A stretch of 64,000 nucleotides of DNA. Source: Eledone cirrhosa. Lineage: Eukaryota. The translations under genes and the position numbers were made by a program. Positions 39,107 through 54,797 of this stretch are shown here, in pieces. The stretch lies in the NCBI GenBank assembly GCA_964016885.1, contig OZ024741.1:380060001-380124000 (forward strand), given 5' to 3'. The notes below the pieces were generated by a model. The model was not told where the DNA came from. It did not search any database and saw only the letters and a program-made list of their open reading frames with translations. Position 1 is the stretch's first letter. Each line of letters begins with the position of its first letter.

Positions 39107-39599
39107 AGTCAATTTCGAATAAGCAAATTTATCCTAGCCATGATCATACCGTTGTTATATGTCCAGAAACATATATTCCAATATGTAACTTCATTATATA
39201 AAACAACAAGTGTCTGATATTTGATGAAAATTATACTGCTGATTTTAGTACACCGAACAACTGCGTAGAGATTTCTCCCTCGCTAACAATATGTTCAGAG
39301 GTTCATTAATCTATATGCTCCACTTTTGGGTTTATGCATGAATCATTAAAATAATATGAGCAGACTAAGTATTTGTTCGATATATTCATATCATATCTTT
39401 ATGTTTAAACACGTGGGTACATGCTTGTCTTGTGTGTGTGTCCAAACATGTATATGCATGTGTGAGTCCCTGTGAAATTCTAGAAAACTGTGTTAGCAAT
39501 TGGAGTATGTTGTAAAGAAATGGACTTGGGAAAATATTGCTTTCTGTAACAGTATGTGAGGGATTATTCAACACAATTTACTTGGTGGGCCTTATGACA

Positions 39600-39740
39600 A
39601 TGGTGGTGATGGTGGTGTGTGATGTTGATGGTGGTGATACTGATGGGGATGGTGGTGCTGATGTTGATGGTGGTGATGCTGATGGGGATGGTGGTGCTGA
39701 TGTTGATGGTGGTGGTGCTGATGTTGATGGTGGTGGTGGT
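39600..39740. repeat. (GAT/GGT)n compound triplet repeat
   Basis: Direct reading. Confidence 0.85.
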
Positions 39741-40789
39741 AGAATTGGAGGAGGAAGTAAAATACGGGCATACGTTACAAAGATCAAATAGACAATCTCA
39801 TGAAATTACTATCAAAGTAACAAATTTGTAACAAGCAAAGAAACCTAATGAGATAGTATTGATAATTGTACTTCAATCCTTTAGTTGAATTGGATCTACA
39901 ATAGGAAGTATCATAATATAAAATTGCTTCCGTGGAAATGCCATGAACAAATGTCATAAAATTTTCCTAGTGACGTGCGAAAGTAATGCAGTCATTGGTT
40001 CGGTATGATAGTTGTCAGAAAAAGCGTTAAATTAACTCTAAAGTGCTATATAGATTGAATCAGGAGAGAAAATTATAAACATTTAATCAATGGAAACGAT
40101 TCGGTGTTCAATGATCAATTAATCATGGTCAGCGTTAAGTCCTTATAATGTTATAGGTATTTCAAGCTTAAATTGAGATGTGCATTTAGTATTAAACCTG
40201 ATTCACATTGCTTTGATCTCTGCAAGTAGTAATGATAATACTGCAAAATGCATGATTGGGAGATTACGGGTTTCTATATTCTCTTTCCTTTAAACATACA
40301 GCTACCCCTAACACTAGAATAGGAAAGTATTGAATTGAGATGTAGCTGTGATAGAAATTTCATTTAATCCTGATCGAGTGGACCTTTATAATAATAACAT
40401 CAACCAGTAACAGCTCGATGAAAAACATTCTGATTAATATGTTACATGCTGTTTACTATGAATCATTGATTAGGTTTCTGATGTTGAGCGTATTATATTA
40501 AAGTGGAATCTGACAACTTTGCTTGTTAATATGTATTATGCAAATAGGTAATTGAGAGAGTTTAACTTTGTGAGATTACCCAAAGGTGTGTCTAGGCAAT
40601 GAATATATCACATGAATTAATTAAAGTATGATTGTAAAATCCATAGAGGCAACATGGCTGCATGGTTAAGGTAATAGACTACCAGCTCATACAATTAGAA
40701 TTGAATGCAACTACAAGTGTTTTGCTGTGTTTCGGATACTTTATTTTACAATGTTCAAATTTTAACTAATTTTCTGAGCAGCGTTTGAG

Positions 40790-40960
40790 AAAGAGTCCGT
40801 TAATCATTGATAGGCCTAGTGATAGAAAATTGGATAGAATGCTTTATCGTATTCGTTCAGGATCCCTGCTCTCTGAGTTAAATTATGCCGAGGTCAATTT
40901 TGTCTTTTATCCTTTCGAGGTCGAGAAAAAGTACTTGTCTAGTACTGGGATCGATGCTTC
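40790..40960 (+). mobile_element. Decayed tRNA-derived SINE
   Basis: gccgaggtcaattttgtcttttatcctttcgaggtcga core shared with other copies. Confidence 0.6.
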
Positions 40961-41989
40961 CTCTATATCTATTTCTCATTGTCTTGCTCTCAATTTCTAT
41001 CTTTCTTTGGAGAAGGATTGTCACCACCAGGCTTAAATTGCCCAAGAAACGCTATGTTTCACTACGTCGCCCCTACTACTCTAACAACAATTACGGGACC
41101 ATACATATATTGTATTAGGTGCGTGTTGTATGCAGAAATTGTTCTATTTGCACGCTGTTGTTGGATTTCACAACGTTTTGCGCGGGATATGTACTGTTGC
41201 TAGCAGACCTTGTTTGTAGTGTGTAGTACATTGTGTGTCCTACTATAGCTTCTATGTTTTGTTCAGATTTCTTTTATCATATCGACTGCTCCATTTTATA
41301 CTGGCACATTTTTTACTTTTATGCCCTACATTGTCTATATTTCAGTTTAAGGGTGTTACATTTTGACAGGTTCCCCACTTCTTTTCGTCAATATCTTGCT
41401 CAGTAACGATTACGATGTTTATCAGTGTGCATAGGCATGATTCATTTAATCTTGGCAAGGTCATTGTTAAGTACCGTGTTTAATACGTCTGTTTTCCCAA
41501 CGAGCTGTTGGTGAAGTAAATATAGCTGTTAATTCGACAAAGACCGTGTATTTATTGAGATTTGGCAAGAACTGGGCAGCAAATGATGATGTGTTCATTC
41601 ATTGTATTGTGCAGGTTACCCATTCTACTTTTGGTGTTAAAATCCGTTTTCTTATTTCGTCCGTATGTGTCCAGACATTGGACTATTTCAATACCAATCA
41701 CTCCGAATATTTTAGCCATTATTGACAGTTATTTTGGCTTACTTCTTCTCATGCACGCCCTGCTGGATGTTCACTGAATGAGGCTTTTCTCTCTATTTCT
41801 TCTTTAGTGTATTTTGCAATAGTGTCTTCATGTTATTTTGTTTGTTATTTTAACAATTGCGGGTGTTTTATTTAACTGTATTGTTTCGGCACAGTTCGTT
41901 CTATTTTGTAATTTATCGAGTTTTTGTATACAGAGAAACGCTATTAATATTGTTTCATTTTTTTCGATAATTTTTTAAAATGTAAAAAA

Positions 41990-44253
41990 GTATTTTTGCT
42001 AGCTCTCGTATGTCTATCTATTTACCTGTCAAAACTTGTTTATTAATTGTTTGTTGTTGTGTAAGGGATATAAGCCCTTGGACGTTGCCTTGTGAAGGGG
42101 AAAGTATAATATGTGGGCCTTTTGGCCCAAATATTTGAACTTTTTTACATTTTAAAAAATTATGAAAAAAAAAGAAACAACGATGTAAAAGTTGAGAAGA
42201 GCGTTACGGCGAAATTTACAGAAATTGATACAACACACACCACCACAAACAACGTGAACAAAGACAGCAATGACAACAACACTGAGAACTCTAATTTTGA
42301 AAAAAATGACAGTAACAGCAACAACCAAAATACAGATAACAGAAAAAATGACAAATGCAACAACAATATTAACACCACTAACATGAAAACATTAGCGACA
42401 ACACCAACAGCAACAGTACCAACTGCACCGAGAACAACAACAACGGTGGCACCAAAGATATAACCAACTGCAACAATAACAACAACAACAACAACAACAA
42501 CACCGAAGACAACAAGAAGAACACTTTCGCTGCGTCAGCAGTCAGAGAGGCCATGCTTCAGCATGCACCTCTCAAACAAAGATGAAAAGTTGGCCCAGGT
42601 CTGGAACCTCATCAAGCAAGTGCAAACCTGGGCCAACTTAAACTGTCCCGGTAGAAGCAGTGGAGCGCAGAACGGTGCATTACAAATGCATCTCAGCACA
42701 AACCAAAAGAGCAGCTTTAGTTCCACAGGCAGATTTCGAAGTAGCGCTGAGGTGCATCAGGGATGACACCGAATACATAGCGAGGGGCAGACAATACGGC
42801 ACCATTTCTGTGCTGTTTAATTCAGAAGCCCTCGCTATGAACATGCTATGACACCTTGCAAAACCAGCAAGGTCATAATGTACCCCCTCACACATGGAAA
42901 AAAGAACGGCCCGTCTCCGCATTCCCAAAGTCCCACCAGGACTTGACATCTGGGATGTCTGATTGTGGAGGGAACGGATACCGTCACGATAGAAGTGACA
43001 AGAACTGCCAGAGAGGACTGGTCCGGGGTTGACCAGGAGATACTTCTCCAGATCAGGCCGGATAATGTGAAGACAATCCCGGACCACATCCGTCTTCAGA
43101 ATGGGACGGCCATTCACATTATGACCGACGGGTAAAATGCCGCATTGTTTTGTTTATGGGGAAAAAACCCATTTGCGAGCCTTCTGCCCCCAACTGCTCA
43201 AGGATGCAAGGGGTCGAAGGGCTTCACTGCTGCCGACGCCGGGGTGAGGACCACAGCCAACACCAGCACCGACAAAACAACCAGCAAGAACACCAATAGA
43301 ATGCCCACCACCAACATTGACCACCCGGGGGGGGGGGGCGAAAAAAGTTATCAAATTCCCCCCTCCCCCCAACAAATACACACATCAATAAAAATATAAA
43401 CACATACACAGACACAGACACACTTACAGACACAGACCCCTCATTTACCAGTAGTGAAGATGAGGTGAAACCAAAATCCCAAAAAATACAAAAAAGGAGA
43501 CACAAAAAGAAAACAAGAAGAAAACAAAGCACAAAAACACCCTGAATGAAAAATGCAGACAACACCCACGCAAACATGTCCCCAACAATACCAACATCAA
43601 CACCACCATCACCAACTCCAGAATCCTCCAAACGCAAACAATCTAAACAGACGCAAGAACAAATATACACACAAACATCTGAAACCACTGACATAGCACT
43701 CACAACAAACACAGACACAACCGTACCAACACCATCAAAACCATCACCACCACAACCACGCAAACAAATAAAATCACACCAACAAAACATACGAAACTAC
43801 GTGCTCGCCAGGAGGGCCACAAATGAACTGATGGCCATCGTAGCACGAACTACAAAAAGAGAAGGACATTTTTAAATCGATCAGATTTCGCGTGCCGGAT
43901 GGTTTGTTTCTGGTGCGAATGTCGCTCGATTTATACAAAGATATACAAGACAGCTTTTCTCAGGACGTGGGACCTCCGAACGTAAAACCAACTTCAAGAC
44001 TTTTAAGGGGTTCCAAAAAGAAACCCACCAACTATGAAGGTCAAACTACCCGACATTCACAAGAACCCGGAAGGCAAGTAAACATTTCCTCTCTGTCTTT
44101 TAACCTGCCAACATGGCCGTATTAAGAGTAGGAAGTTTAAATGTTCGAGGCCTGGTATCGTCCTGGAAGCAGGGTCACCTGTTCAACGAATTCATGTCTC
44201 TAGAGATGGATGTAATTGCCGTCAGAGAGACCAGGATTTCTGACACGCGTTAA
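41990..44253 (+). mobile_element. Tx1/L1-clade element copy 3: 5' UTR, decayed ORF1 and only the first ~47 codons of ORF2
   Basis: EYIARGRQYGTISVLF resembles ORF1 of copy 2. 44113-44253 reads MAVLRVGSLNVRGLVSSWKQGHL..DVIAVRETRIS, homologous to the ORF2 start of copy 1. The 5' boundary is approximate. Confidence 0.8.
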
Positions 44254-44554
44254 TTAAAATGTGTACACTGTAGCTTTCACCAACATTTACGCCTATGGCA
44301 GTAGGATTTTGTTTGAGGGAGATTTGTTTTCTATTTATTTTAGGTACACCAACAGTTATAGTGGCTTCCATGTGTATGTGTTTGTGTGTGTATGACTGTT
44401 CGCTGTGATTTGAAATGGATTTAGCTAATATTTCTAGTAGATCGAGGTGTTACATACAACCTTTCCCTTTTGCTTCATATATATATATATACATACATGA
44501 GAGAGTACACTGAGATATATATATGTCTCTAACTTAAATAGGGTGGTAAACTCA

Positions 44555-44666
<112 letters not shown>

Positions 44667-44766
44667 TCTCTAATTTAAATTTAATCTCCTTTAAATGTAT
44701 TTGTATGCTTTGTATATATTATGTGTTTGTATTTTCATTCTGTAAGCCTTATATTGCATTATTATT

Positions 44767-44945
44767 TGGCAGTAACGGTAGAGGGTTGGACGCCATGCTT
44801 TCTAGCATAGTTACGTCCCTTTACAGTCTGCGTTCAAATCCCGCTGAGGTTAACTTTCCCTTTCATCCTTACGGGGTCGATAAAATAAAGTACCAGTAAT
44901 GTACTGGGTAATTGCTGGCCTTGTGCCTAAAGCAGAAACAATTAT
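44767..44945 (+). mobile_element. tRNA-derived SINE
   Basis: A-box-like tggcagtaacgg, B-box gttcaaatcc, core ctttcatccttacggggtcgataaaataaagtacc, end agaaacaattat. Confidence 0.8.
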
Positions 44946-45554
44946 ATTTCTTTTCATACAACTGTGAATAAACATATGATTTAAGTACGCCGAGACACAC
45001 AGGCGCACGCGTGCACACACACGACATATACACAGACTTTTATGAAAGAAAGCGAGAAAGAGAAGTAACGTTAAGAAAGGAATTAGTTAATAAGCGTTTT
45101 AAAAATAAATAAATAAAAGTTAGTTATCGAACTCTGCTATTATTTTTCTGTTTTCTTTCTCTCTCTTCTCTAATCCCTCCTCTATCTCTCTCTTTTTTGC
45201 TTTCTTTCTCTTTCTATCTCTCATCCGTCCCTCTCTATTATCCTGCCTCTATTATCCTGTCTCTCTCATCCCCTCTCTCTCTTTCTCTACATAATGAAGA
45301 ACAAAAACACAAAAAAGTTGTTGCCTCGCTTTGGAGGACTGAGTTGTTGGAGGAGAAAAGGGAGTAGTAGGACGAAGGGTTTAATACTCCAAGGCGTTCC
45401 ATTATTCGTTTTTATTAGCCAGTCCTATATCTGAATATTAGCTTAACAGGTGTGTAAAATTTCATCAGGATCGGATCAATTGTTTAGATGCCAACTGCTT
45501 ACACACAGACAGATAGAAATTGCTATTTATATAGTAGATATATGTATATATGTG

Positions 45555-45601
<47 letters not shown>

Positions 45602-47840
45602 GTGTATGTGCGGTGTGTGTGTATGTGTATGTGTGTGCGTGCGTATGTTTTTGTTTATGTACTTTATTTATATCGACCTAAATGCACGAAAGGCAAAATT
45701 GAATACAGTGGGATTTGAACTCAGAACAATGCAATGGATGCTGCAATCAGTATATTCAATATCTTAATTATTTTGGAATTTTCGTCTTTAATAACAAATA
45801 TCGCCGTCAAATCTTAATTCAAATTAAAGATTTTGCTAAATTCAACCATAGTATATCAAGTTATTATAAGTGTCAACATATAATATGTCAACAGCAATAA
45901 CATCAATAACAGACATGACTGCTTTACAGTTCAGGGACGAACTTTTGATTTACATATTTACAGCTCATATTTAAACAATTGTGGTAGACTTGTAGGGAAT
46001 GCTTGGGTACCAAATAAAATGCCTTGCGTTCCTTATTTATATATCATTATGTTCTGAGATAAAATCACCCCAAGTTTCAACTGTGACTTTCATGATTCTA
46101 ATCTTGATTAATTAAATTTAAAGTCAACTACTAGCATATATAATATAATCTGAATTTCTTTATACAAAATGTGTCGAAGTCGCGACTTTAAAAAATAAGT
46201 AGTAAGGTCGATATGACTTACTAATTCCCATCGACGCCATAGCATAACCATAGTCTATGGACTGAAACCAGTAGAAAAATGTGTCAGAAATTAGTAATGG
46301 AAGGAGATATATTACCTAGATTAACCACACCAGGTGCACATTTAGCAACCTGGTTTTGGTTTCTTCCTTTATAAATATTTTAAAAATAAAAATAGGTTAC
46401 CTAATGAGTGGATATATAATTGCTAATGTCTCATAATTTACGAACACATGTCCATTGTAGGCGTTTCTTTGCAACCTGAGTGGGACACTTTATTTCAAGT
46501 GTAACATATCATTTAGTATCGTGCTTGAAAACAACACGCGTCCTGTCTAGAGAATATTAACTACACGCAAACTCTTGTGGACTGCTTTGTAGTGAAGATC
46601 ATGTTTATTTATGAATCAAAATTGTTATGCCCCGGACATCTGATTTCTCACATTGGCACGATGTCACAATTTTAAAGGCAAAATTACTCATAACTGGATA
46701 ACATAGTAATTAAAATTTGAATTCAGTGGTAGTTGAACATCAGCAATCCATCGTTTCTGAATTGAGAACATCAGCAACTGCTCTGAGAATTCTTTTTTAA
46801 TACTTTTTCTCTTTCGCTTTTCGTATTGTAGATGATGCTTGTTGTGGTGAAGGACACATATATATGCATTTAATGGTGTATTTACTCGATTCATAAAAGA
46901 CGAATTCATATTTCACAGTTCAATGATTATAGCTGTAACATGTAAGGGTATCTGAATACAAATATGACATTTACTTCCAAACAAAGGGATTTTATTCTGG
47001 CTATATTCTTATAATCTCACGTTACTTTAATTTATTTAAGTTTACACTTAGAAAATTATTAATTTTGATAATTCCTTTTTACCTGGAATACAAATGAAAA
47101 TTCCAAAGACTTCTGCATTGAATGCATAACAGATCCACTTCAATACTGTCTTTGAAAAAGAAGAAGACAATTAAATGAAAGAGGAAGCTACATTTAAAGG
47201 TTTCACAGTAAGAAGCATACTAACAACAACTTTATGCAGTCGTTTAAAACCGTAACATTCAATTACAGCAAGAGGGGGTACAAAAATAGAAAACAAACGC
47301 GTAAAAGGAAAAGCAGTTGTTACAGAGGAACAATAAACAAAGGTTTTATAATAAAATTTCAATGCTACAAAAGCCTTTATATTTAACCAAGAATCTGGAA
47401 ATAATTAAAGAAAATATTAGTGATGTCAAAAGTTCTACGTTGAGTTTTGTATCCATTTCAGTTCCTATTCAAAAGTTTACAGAAAGCAACAGTTAAAAAG
47501 AACAAAAGCAAACAATTCACTTGACATCAACACACAATAGATATGGCATAGTAAAAATTACGTTGCACATAAATACAATGTGAAACATTTCATTTTAAGA
47601 TTCTTGTAGTTTTGAAGTTTTGCCATCAAAATAATATGAAGTATTGTTTACGTGATTTTCACTCAATGTATTTTTCACTGGATTATTGAAGAAGACTATA
47701 GAAATAATGCCGAATGTAAGCATAAAAGAAATGAAGAATGTACACGTTGGCTCAACAATAAATTCAATTTAAATAAATCAATATATATACATACATACAT
47801 ACATATATACTCATATGTATGTATATATGTACAAACACAC

Positions 47841-47964
<124 letters not shown>

Positions 47965-49099
47965 TGAGAGAGAGTGCTCGTTTGTGTGCCTGTATGTAAT
48001 ACTATGTCATCACTTCAAAAACAAAAATATGCACATGATTACACTTTAACAATTTCCATTTATTCTATAACTTGCGTTTCAAATTATATAAACAAAAGGA
48101 GAATGTTCTACTCTGTTAAATAATGTCATCTTAAGGATTTTAATTGGCATAATCTAAATACTGATAGTTTTAATAACACCACAATTATAAACGCCACTTA
48201 ATTTTCGAACATCTTAGAAAATATTTTGTTCTGATATTCTATATTATACACTATGTGGAACACAACATGTTAAAGGCAATTGTATTGTCTCATCACAAGG
48301 TCTGTTCTAATATGGAAAGTGCTTAACAGATAAGTTATCGAGAATTGTTAATCTGTACTTTGCGAACCATTGCTACAAAAGTGCAATAGTCAGTAAGTAC
48401 TGGTCATCATGTTATGTAACTCTTCAATGGAAAAGGTAGTTATTTGTATTGTACATTATCGAGGATGAAAGCAAAAGGAAAACCTTCTGAAAGGTTGTGC
48501 TACTGCATTCACCGAAAGAAGAAAACGACTGCCTCTATTATTTTGGATGACGTTCAACTAAAATGCCACAAGCAAAATGGTACGACTGCTGTCAAAGTAT
48601 TTTGGACATCTAGAGCCAGAGTTTTACATTGTTCCCAAGGTCTTATGAGCTTGCATTCAGTTCACAAAGTAGAATAAGAATTGGACATCCAATCTGTAAT
48701 CAGATAAGCCGAAGTATTATTAGTTCAGCTCCGGTAGCCAGGTGTAGCCCCAAAGCCAAACAAGGAATAAAATACCATCCAGAGTGCATGAATCCAATAG
48801 ATGAAAGACATGTTCGCAATGTTATGGTTTGGAATAGCATATCTACGTAAAGGATTAATCCTGTATATTATATTAATGACAATATGTACAATACCATTTT
48901 GTCGCATATATTATTGCTTGACTACATTATCCAGTGTATCACATATTTTATAAGGGTAATTTGGCTGTTTTTCTTGCAGGTTGCGAAGCCCTATACCTTT
49001 CTCTTGTTAGTTGCTGTCAGAGTCGAAGACTAGGTTTACTCCTCACCTTGCAATCTTGATAAGAGATTTTTTACGCCATGAGAAAATCATATATGAAAA

Positions 49100-49195
49100 A
49101 CTTTGCCTTTCATCCTTTCGGGGGTCGATAAAATAAAGTATTAGTAATACACTGGGATAATTGCTGGCCTTGTTCCAAAAGTAGAAACAATTATT
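49100..49195 (+). mobile_element. 5'-truncated SINE, same family
   Basis: ctttgcctttcatcctttcgggggtcgataaaataaagta...agaaacaattatt. Confidence 0.75.
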
Positions 49196-49199
49196 GTAC

Positions 49200-49620
49200 A
49201 GCACTTGACTTCACACCGCTCCTTCTCTCATCACACAGCAAAGCTACCTCACTCAGATTTCACCATGCATCAGACTTAAAGAGCTAATTATTAACAGGCA
49301 TTTCGACCCACCCAACTGAATGTCAACCACAATGCAGGCCACCCAAAAGGCGCTTCCCTCTGTCAGGAGTGAGTATCTCTGAATCTATTACACACTGGTG
49401 TGGCCCGATTCAATTCTACCAGCCATGCACCACTGGAGGATGCGTCAATTACCAATTTGCCAATGTGGCTTGCCAGAACAGACTGCTGAACATATACTGA
49501 TTGAGTGCCTGAATCTCCACTTACGTGAGACTACGGACCTCAACACACGATTCGAACTATCGTGAGCTGGTTACATTGCCCGGGGTACTTCAAATAATTG
49601 AAGATGTCTAGTGCCCAAGG
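49200..49620 (+). pseudogene. 3' fragment of a non-LTR ORF2 (C-terminal Zn knuckle)
   Basis: LNLLHTGVARFNS...CQCGLPEQTAEHILIEC. Confidence 0.6.
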
Positions 49621-49950
49621 CAAAGAGAAATATTGTACACCGTGTTATCTAATATTCTTTCAAATTAGAGTGATTATTTGAACCATAGGCTCAGCTGGTT
49701 TTGGTTCAACAGTACTTAGAATGGGTCGCAATCAAAGGTTAGGGATACAACAACGCCCCCTTGACTTCAGCATTCTAGGTTACGTTTCGCTATGTGTTCA
49801 GAAATGAGGGAAATTTGAGCGCAAGTCTACTAACGGATCCTCCATTAATAACAATTCACTAGCACATTTCAAAATATAACCTCTATATTTCTTATATTTA
49901 TTAAATATTCACATACATTTTTTATAAACAATAATACACACACACACACT

Positions 49951-50019
<69 letters not shown>

Positions 50020-50399
50020 ATATATGAATGTATATTTAAAGCGAATACCTTAATATATGAGTGCGTGTTTATAAAGGTTCATATATTTCGATATATTCAG
50101 AAATGTAATATTTACCAATAAAGAAGACAGGCATTATTGGAGATTCCTCTGCCATCAGTGGAGACATGTTCTACGTGGATATCGGACATTTAGAAAGGGC
50201 GCCACTTCTCCTATTTGATCCCTTAACCAGGACATTACTGATATTTATAGTTCGACCTTAGATGGAGGGCATAGTAAATCTTCTTTAACGATTATTGTCA
50301 GCATGCCAAGCTTACGCATTTCATGATATATAAGGAAAATCATTTCCTAGCTAATGCTTCTGAGTGTGTTTGTACAAATATGTGTGCGCATATATGTAT

Positions 50400-50438
<39 letters not shown>

Positions 50439-50487
50439 CACACACAAACACACGCGCACACACACGCACACACGTGTATTTATATAA

Positions 50488-50544
<57 letters not shown>

Positions 50545-52398
50545 TATATATATGTATGTTTGCGTATGTGTGTATATTTGCTCAGGTGTAATAATTTATG
50601 GTTGTGTCTATATATTTATATATATATTTACGAGTGTGTGTGTGTGCGTGTAATGTGAATGTGAGTACTTGTTTATTAGGTTTTTTGTTTGTATATTCTA
50701 GTGAATGTTCTTAGTGAGCCTATAAATCACACCATATATGTGGAATGAGGCAGTCATTGGGAGTTGTTGTTCTAGAACTATTATATACATAGCTTAATTG
50801 TTTCTATGTCCATCTTTCACACTCTCTCTCTCTCACCCTCTCTGTCTCTCTCCTTTTCTCCCCACTCTCGCTCTCTCTGTTTTTCCTTCCACCACTAACA
50901 CCGGTACTGTATATATTTGTCTCGGATTGTCTGTGAATGTTGGAAACGATTTAGATATAGACTTGGAGCAGTGATTTGTCGTTTAGATTGTTTGTTGAAT
51001 AAGGGGTCCAGTTTATCTTCAGCAAGATGGAAAATTAACAATAATATAATTATCAGAAATGCAATGTTCAGAATATTGTAGTAAGATTTATAGGGACATT
51101 TCCTTTAAGTCATGGTTAACTCTCTTTATATTTCATCATGCTTTGACTGTTGCACATAGCAACAATCACTGAGCTAAAAGTGGTACCGCTAGTAGTAAAG
51201 ACAGCACGCTAAATAAAACTTATTTGATCGCTATCTGTTGAAAGTATTTTCATGTACAATCATTAAATTATTAGTTAAAATGATGGCCACGAGTTAAATG
51301 AATATCTAAATGTTTCACATAGATCAATTTGATTAAATTCTTCGTTGGTTTATTTTTGATTTGTTTCCACACAATTTAACAGGAAAGATTGTTATGTTCT
51401 TATAGCACAATTTATTGTTAGTTTTTTGTATCAGCAAGCTCCAGCTTACAGTATTATTCTTACCAATGAATAGGGACTCTCTCGTCGATTGCAACAAATG
51501 AGGTGTTGGTTGTTCAAGCAATTGGAAATTCTTACACTTAGAAAATCTTTTTTCAATTACTGATTATTTCGCAGGTGCATGTTAACTAATTTAACAGAGT
51601 TCGGCTCAAATTTCCTCAACTCGTTTCATCCAAAACATTTAGTTATCCTGCAAGTAATGTTGAGGAAATTTGTCCAATGTACCAATCAGATGATAAAATG
51701 TTAACCTCATAACAAAAATGCAAAATCGCATACATCCTTTTTAATAAATGTCCAAACACATTCAGCAACATGCATATACAAAAGTACAAACAATATTGAT
51801 ACAATAGTATATGATTAATGACCATCCCACAGAATCTTAATAAAGTCCAAATGTATGTAGCCATCAAATAAAACTAAGAAGATAAATAAGCCCAAATGAT
51901 TCAAATAATGTGTTCGGATTCAGAACAAAATGTATGTATATCAACAGCAGCTTTCACGCTCTGATTGTTTCTACGATACTGTGTTTATCTCCCAAATGCT
52001 AGAATCTAGAGTGATAATTAACAAACTACAGTGGAAGAAGATACATGTGTATACCACCACTCTTCACCACACATAATTCAATAATGCATTACTGAAATTT
52101 CAGTTAGTCCCAAACGAGATAAGAAATAATATATTTTGGGCGGTGGTGCTATGGATTACAGCAGAGCACTCGATCGTTTCGTACGTAGCAGCAAATATTA
52201 GGAAACCACAGCAACCTCGCTAGGGTAAAGGATATTACAAATTATATCAAGTAGAAGAGTTAACGAGTATGTAGCATTGTTTTTTAGGCTTCACTTTTAT
52301 ATATTTACAGTAAAACAATATTACAATACGAACATAAACCGAAGACACTCATGTACATATGTACATGTACACACACACACGCATATTTGTATATATAA

Positions 52399-52498
52399 CA
52401 AATGAAATAACGGAGTTAGTATATATATATATATAAATATAAATATATATATATATATTTATATTTATATATATATATTAACTCCGTTATTTCATTTG
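52399..52498. repeat. Palindrome with ~20-bp unique arms around a (TA)-rich core
   Basis: caaatgaaataacggagtta ... taactccgttatttcatttg. Confidence 0.85.
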
Positions 52499-52554
52499 AT
52501 ATATATATATAAATATGCAATTATATATATTATATGCATTTATACATATATATA

Positions 52555-52608
<54 letters not shown>

Positions 52609-52622
52609 TATAGAAAGAGAGA

Positions 52623-52664
<42 letters not shown>

Positions 52665-52885
52665 GAGAGAGAGAGAGAGAGAATATAATGGTCCATACGA
52701 CTCTAACATTATATGTAAAAGTAGAAAAGCGCTGCGATATATTTAAAGACTACACATTCTGTCGGATTAAAGACAGAAATAATCTTTTAATATACTTCTG
52801 TGCTTTACCACTTCCACTTTTTACACACACACACACACATACACACATACACACACACACTCACACTCACACACACAGACACACG

Positions 52886-53440
<555 letters not shown>

Positions 53441-54797
53441 TTCTACCTGGATAGATAGTATTAGCAACTGGAAAGACCAATAGAAACACTGTTTCCTCGG
53501 ACCGATTTGATGAAAGTCGATCGTTCCTAAATAAAAAAAAATATATATATATATATGTAAGCAAGTATTGCACCAAGAAAAATATAGACTTCGTTCAGAA
53601 AGGAGAGTGATAATTTATTGGCTTTAACATATATTTCGTGTCTATTATGATAGTCTACATATCCTGACGATAATATATATTGTTCAAGCATAGTCATTAC
53701 TTAATTGCTTATACACATCTTCTGAAAGCTTATAATTGTTTATGGTAGTGTCTTTCTAGCATGCCGTAGAATTCAGGAATGAGATGTTCAATATAAAAAT
53801 GGCATTATCATTTAAGAAATAAAATCGAAAACGAATAAATCAAAATGATAATAAAACGAAAAAGATAAAATACAGTAACTCAGAGTGATAAGTAGAGAAA
53901 GTTAGGGAGAGAGGGGATGAGAGTAAAGAGCTCTACGCTATCATTCTGTGAGCTTTGATGTGGAACAATTTTTCCTCTGACCATTGGAATGGTTGAAATG
54001 TTCAGTGTTTGCCATAGATCGTCATATTATACAAAACTCACCTTTTTTTATTTCAGTGATTTCCTGCCATGACCCTCTCAATAAATGAGACAATTAGCTT
54101 GTGGTTGTGAAATCGCATCTTAAAGTTCAGATTGCACACATTATATTTAGTCAGTGAGTAATATACCAGTATTGTTGTAAAGATAACATCGTATCTATAC
54201 ACTGGACGGTTATTCAGCCTACAACAGTTATTAAAATTGCTATATACAAAAAATTGCTTAATATCAGCAAATGTTAGGCAATCCGCCTATTGCAGATGGC
54301 CCAAACACAATCCTTAAACTCGTCTTAAAGGAAGCACAGTTGCATAGGATGCCAGCTTCCAGAATCTAGCAGTTCTGTACATCTATGATGTGACTTCTAA
54401 AATAAAGGGAGACCATTCTGTGAAAAAATACACGGTATGGTGGGTAAATTCAAAAACTGGAATTCCTGCCAATATACAGCACAAACAGTTTCATGCATAC
54501 ATACATACGCATATATACGCATATACATAATAGGTTAATTTCCTTGTTGATGAAGCTAATCTTAACCGATTACTTAATACTATAATAGCATTACCTAATT
54601 TTCTTTGCACTCCATATCTATATGGACTGCTTCCAGATGATGGAGTCGTGGAAACTAATGCATTAGTCCGGGGCGGGAGTTCGAATTCTATATCCACGCG
54701 GGTGGTTTTCTGCTAGCATATGTAGTGTATGCATTATACGAAAATATATATATGCATAAACATATGATATGTAAATTGAAAAGTAAATTAACAATGT

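Noticed and set aside
48440-48910. Coding-looking unique sequence (also 51330-51870)
   Set aside because: Short frames on both strands, no recognisable domain, and ambiguous splice signals.
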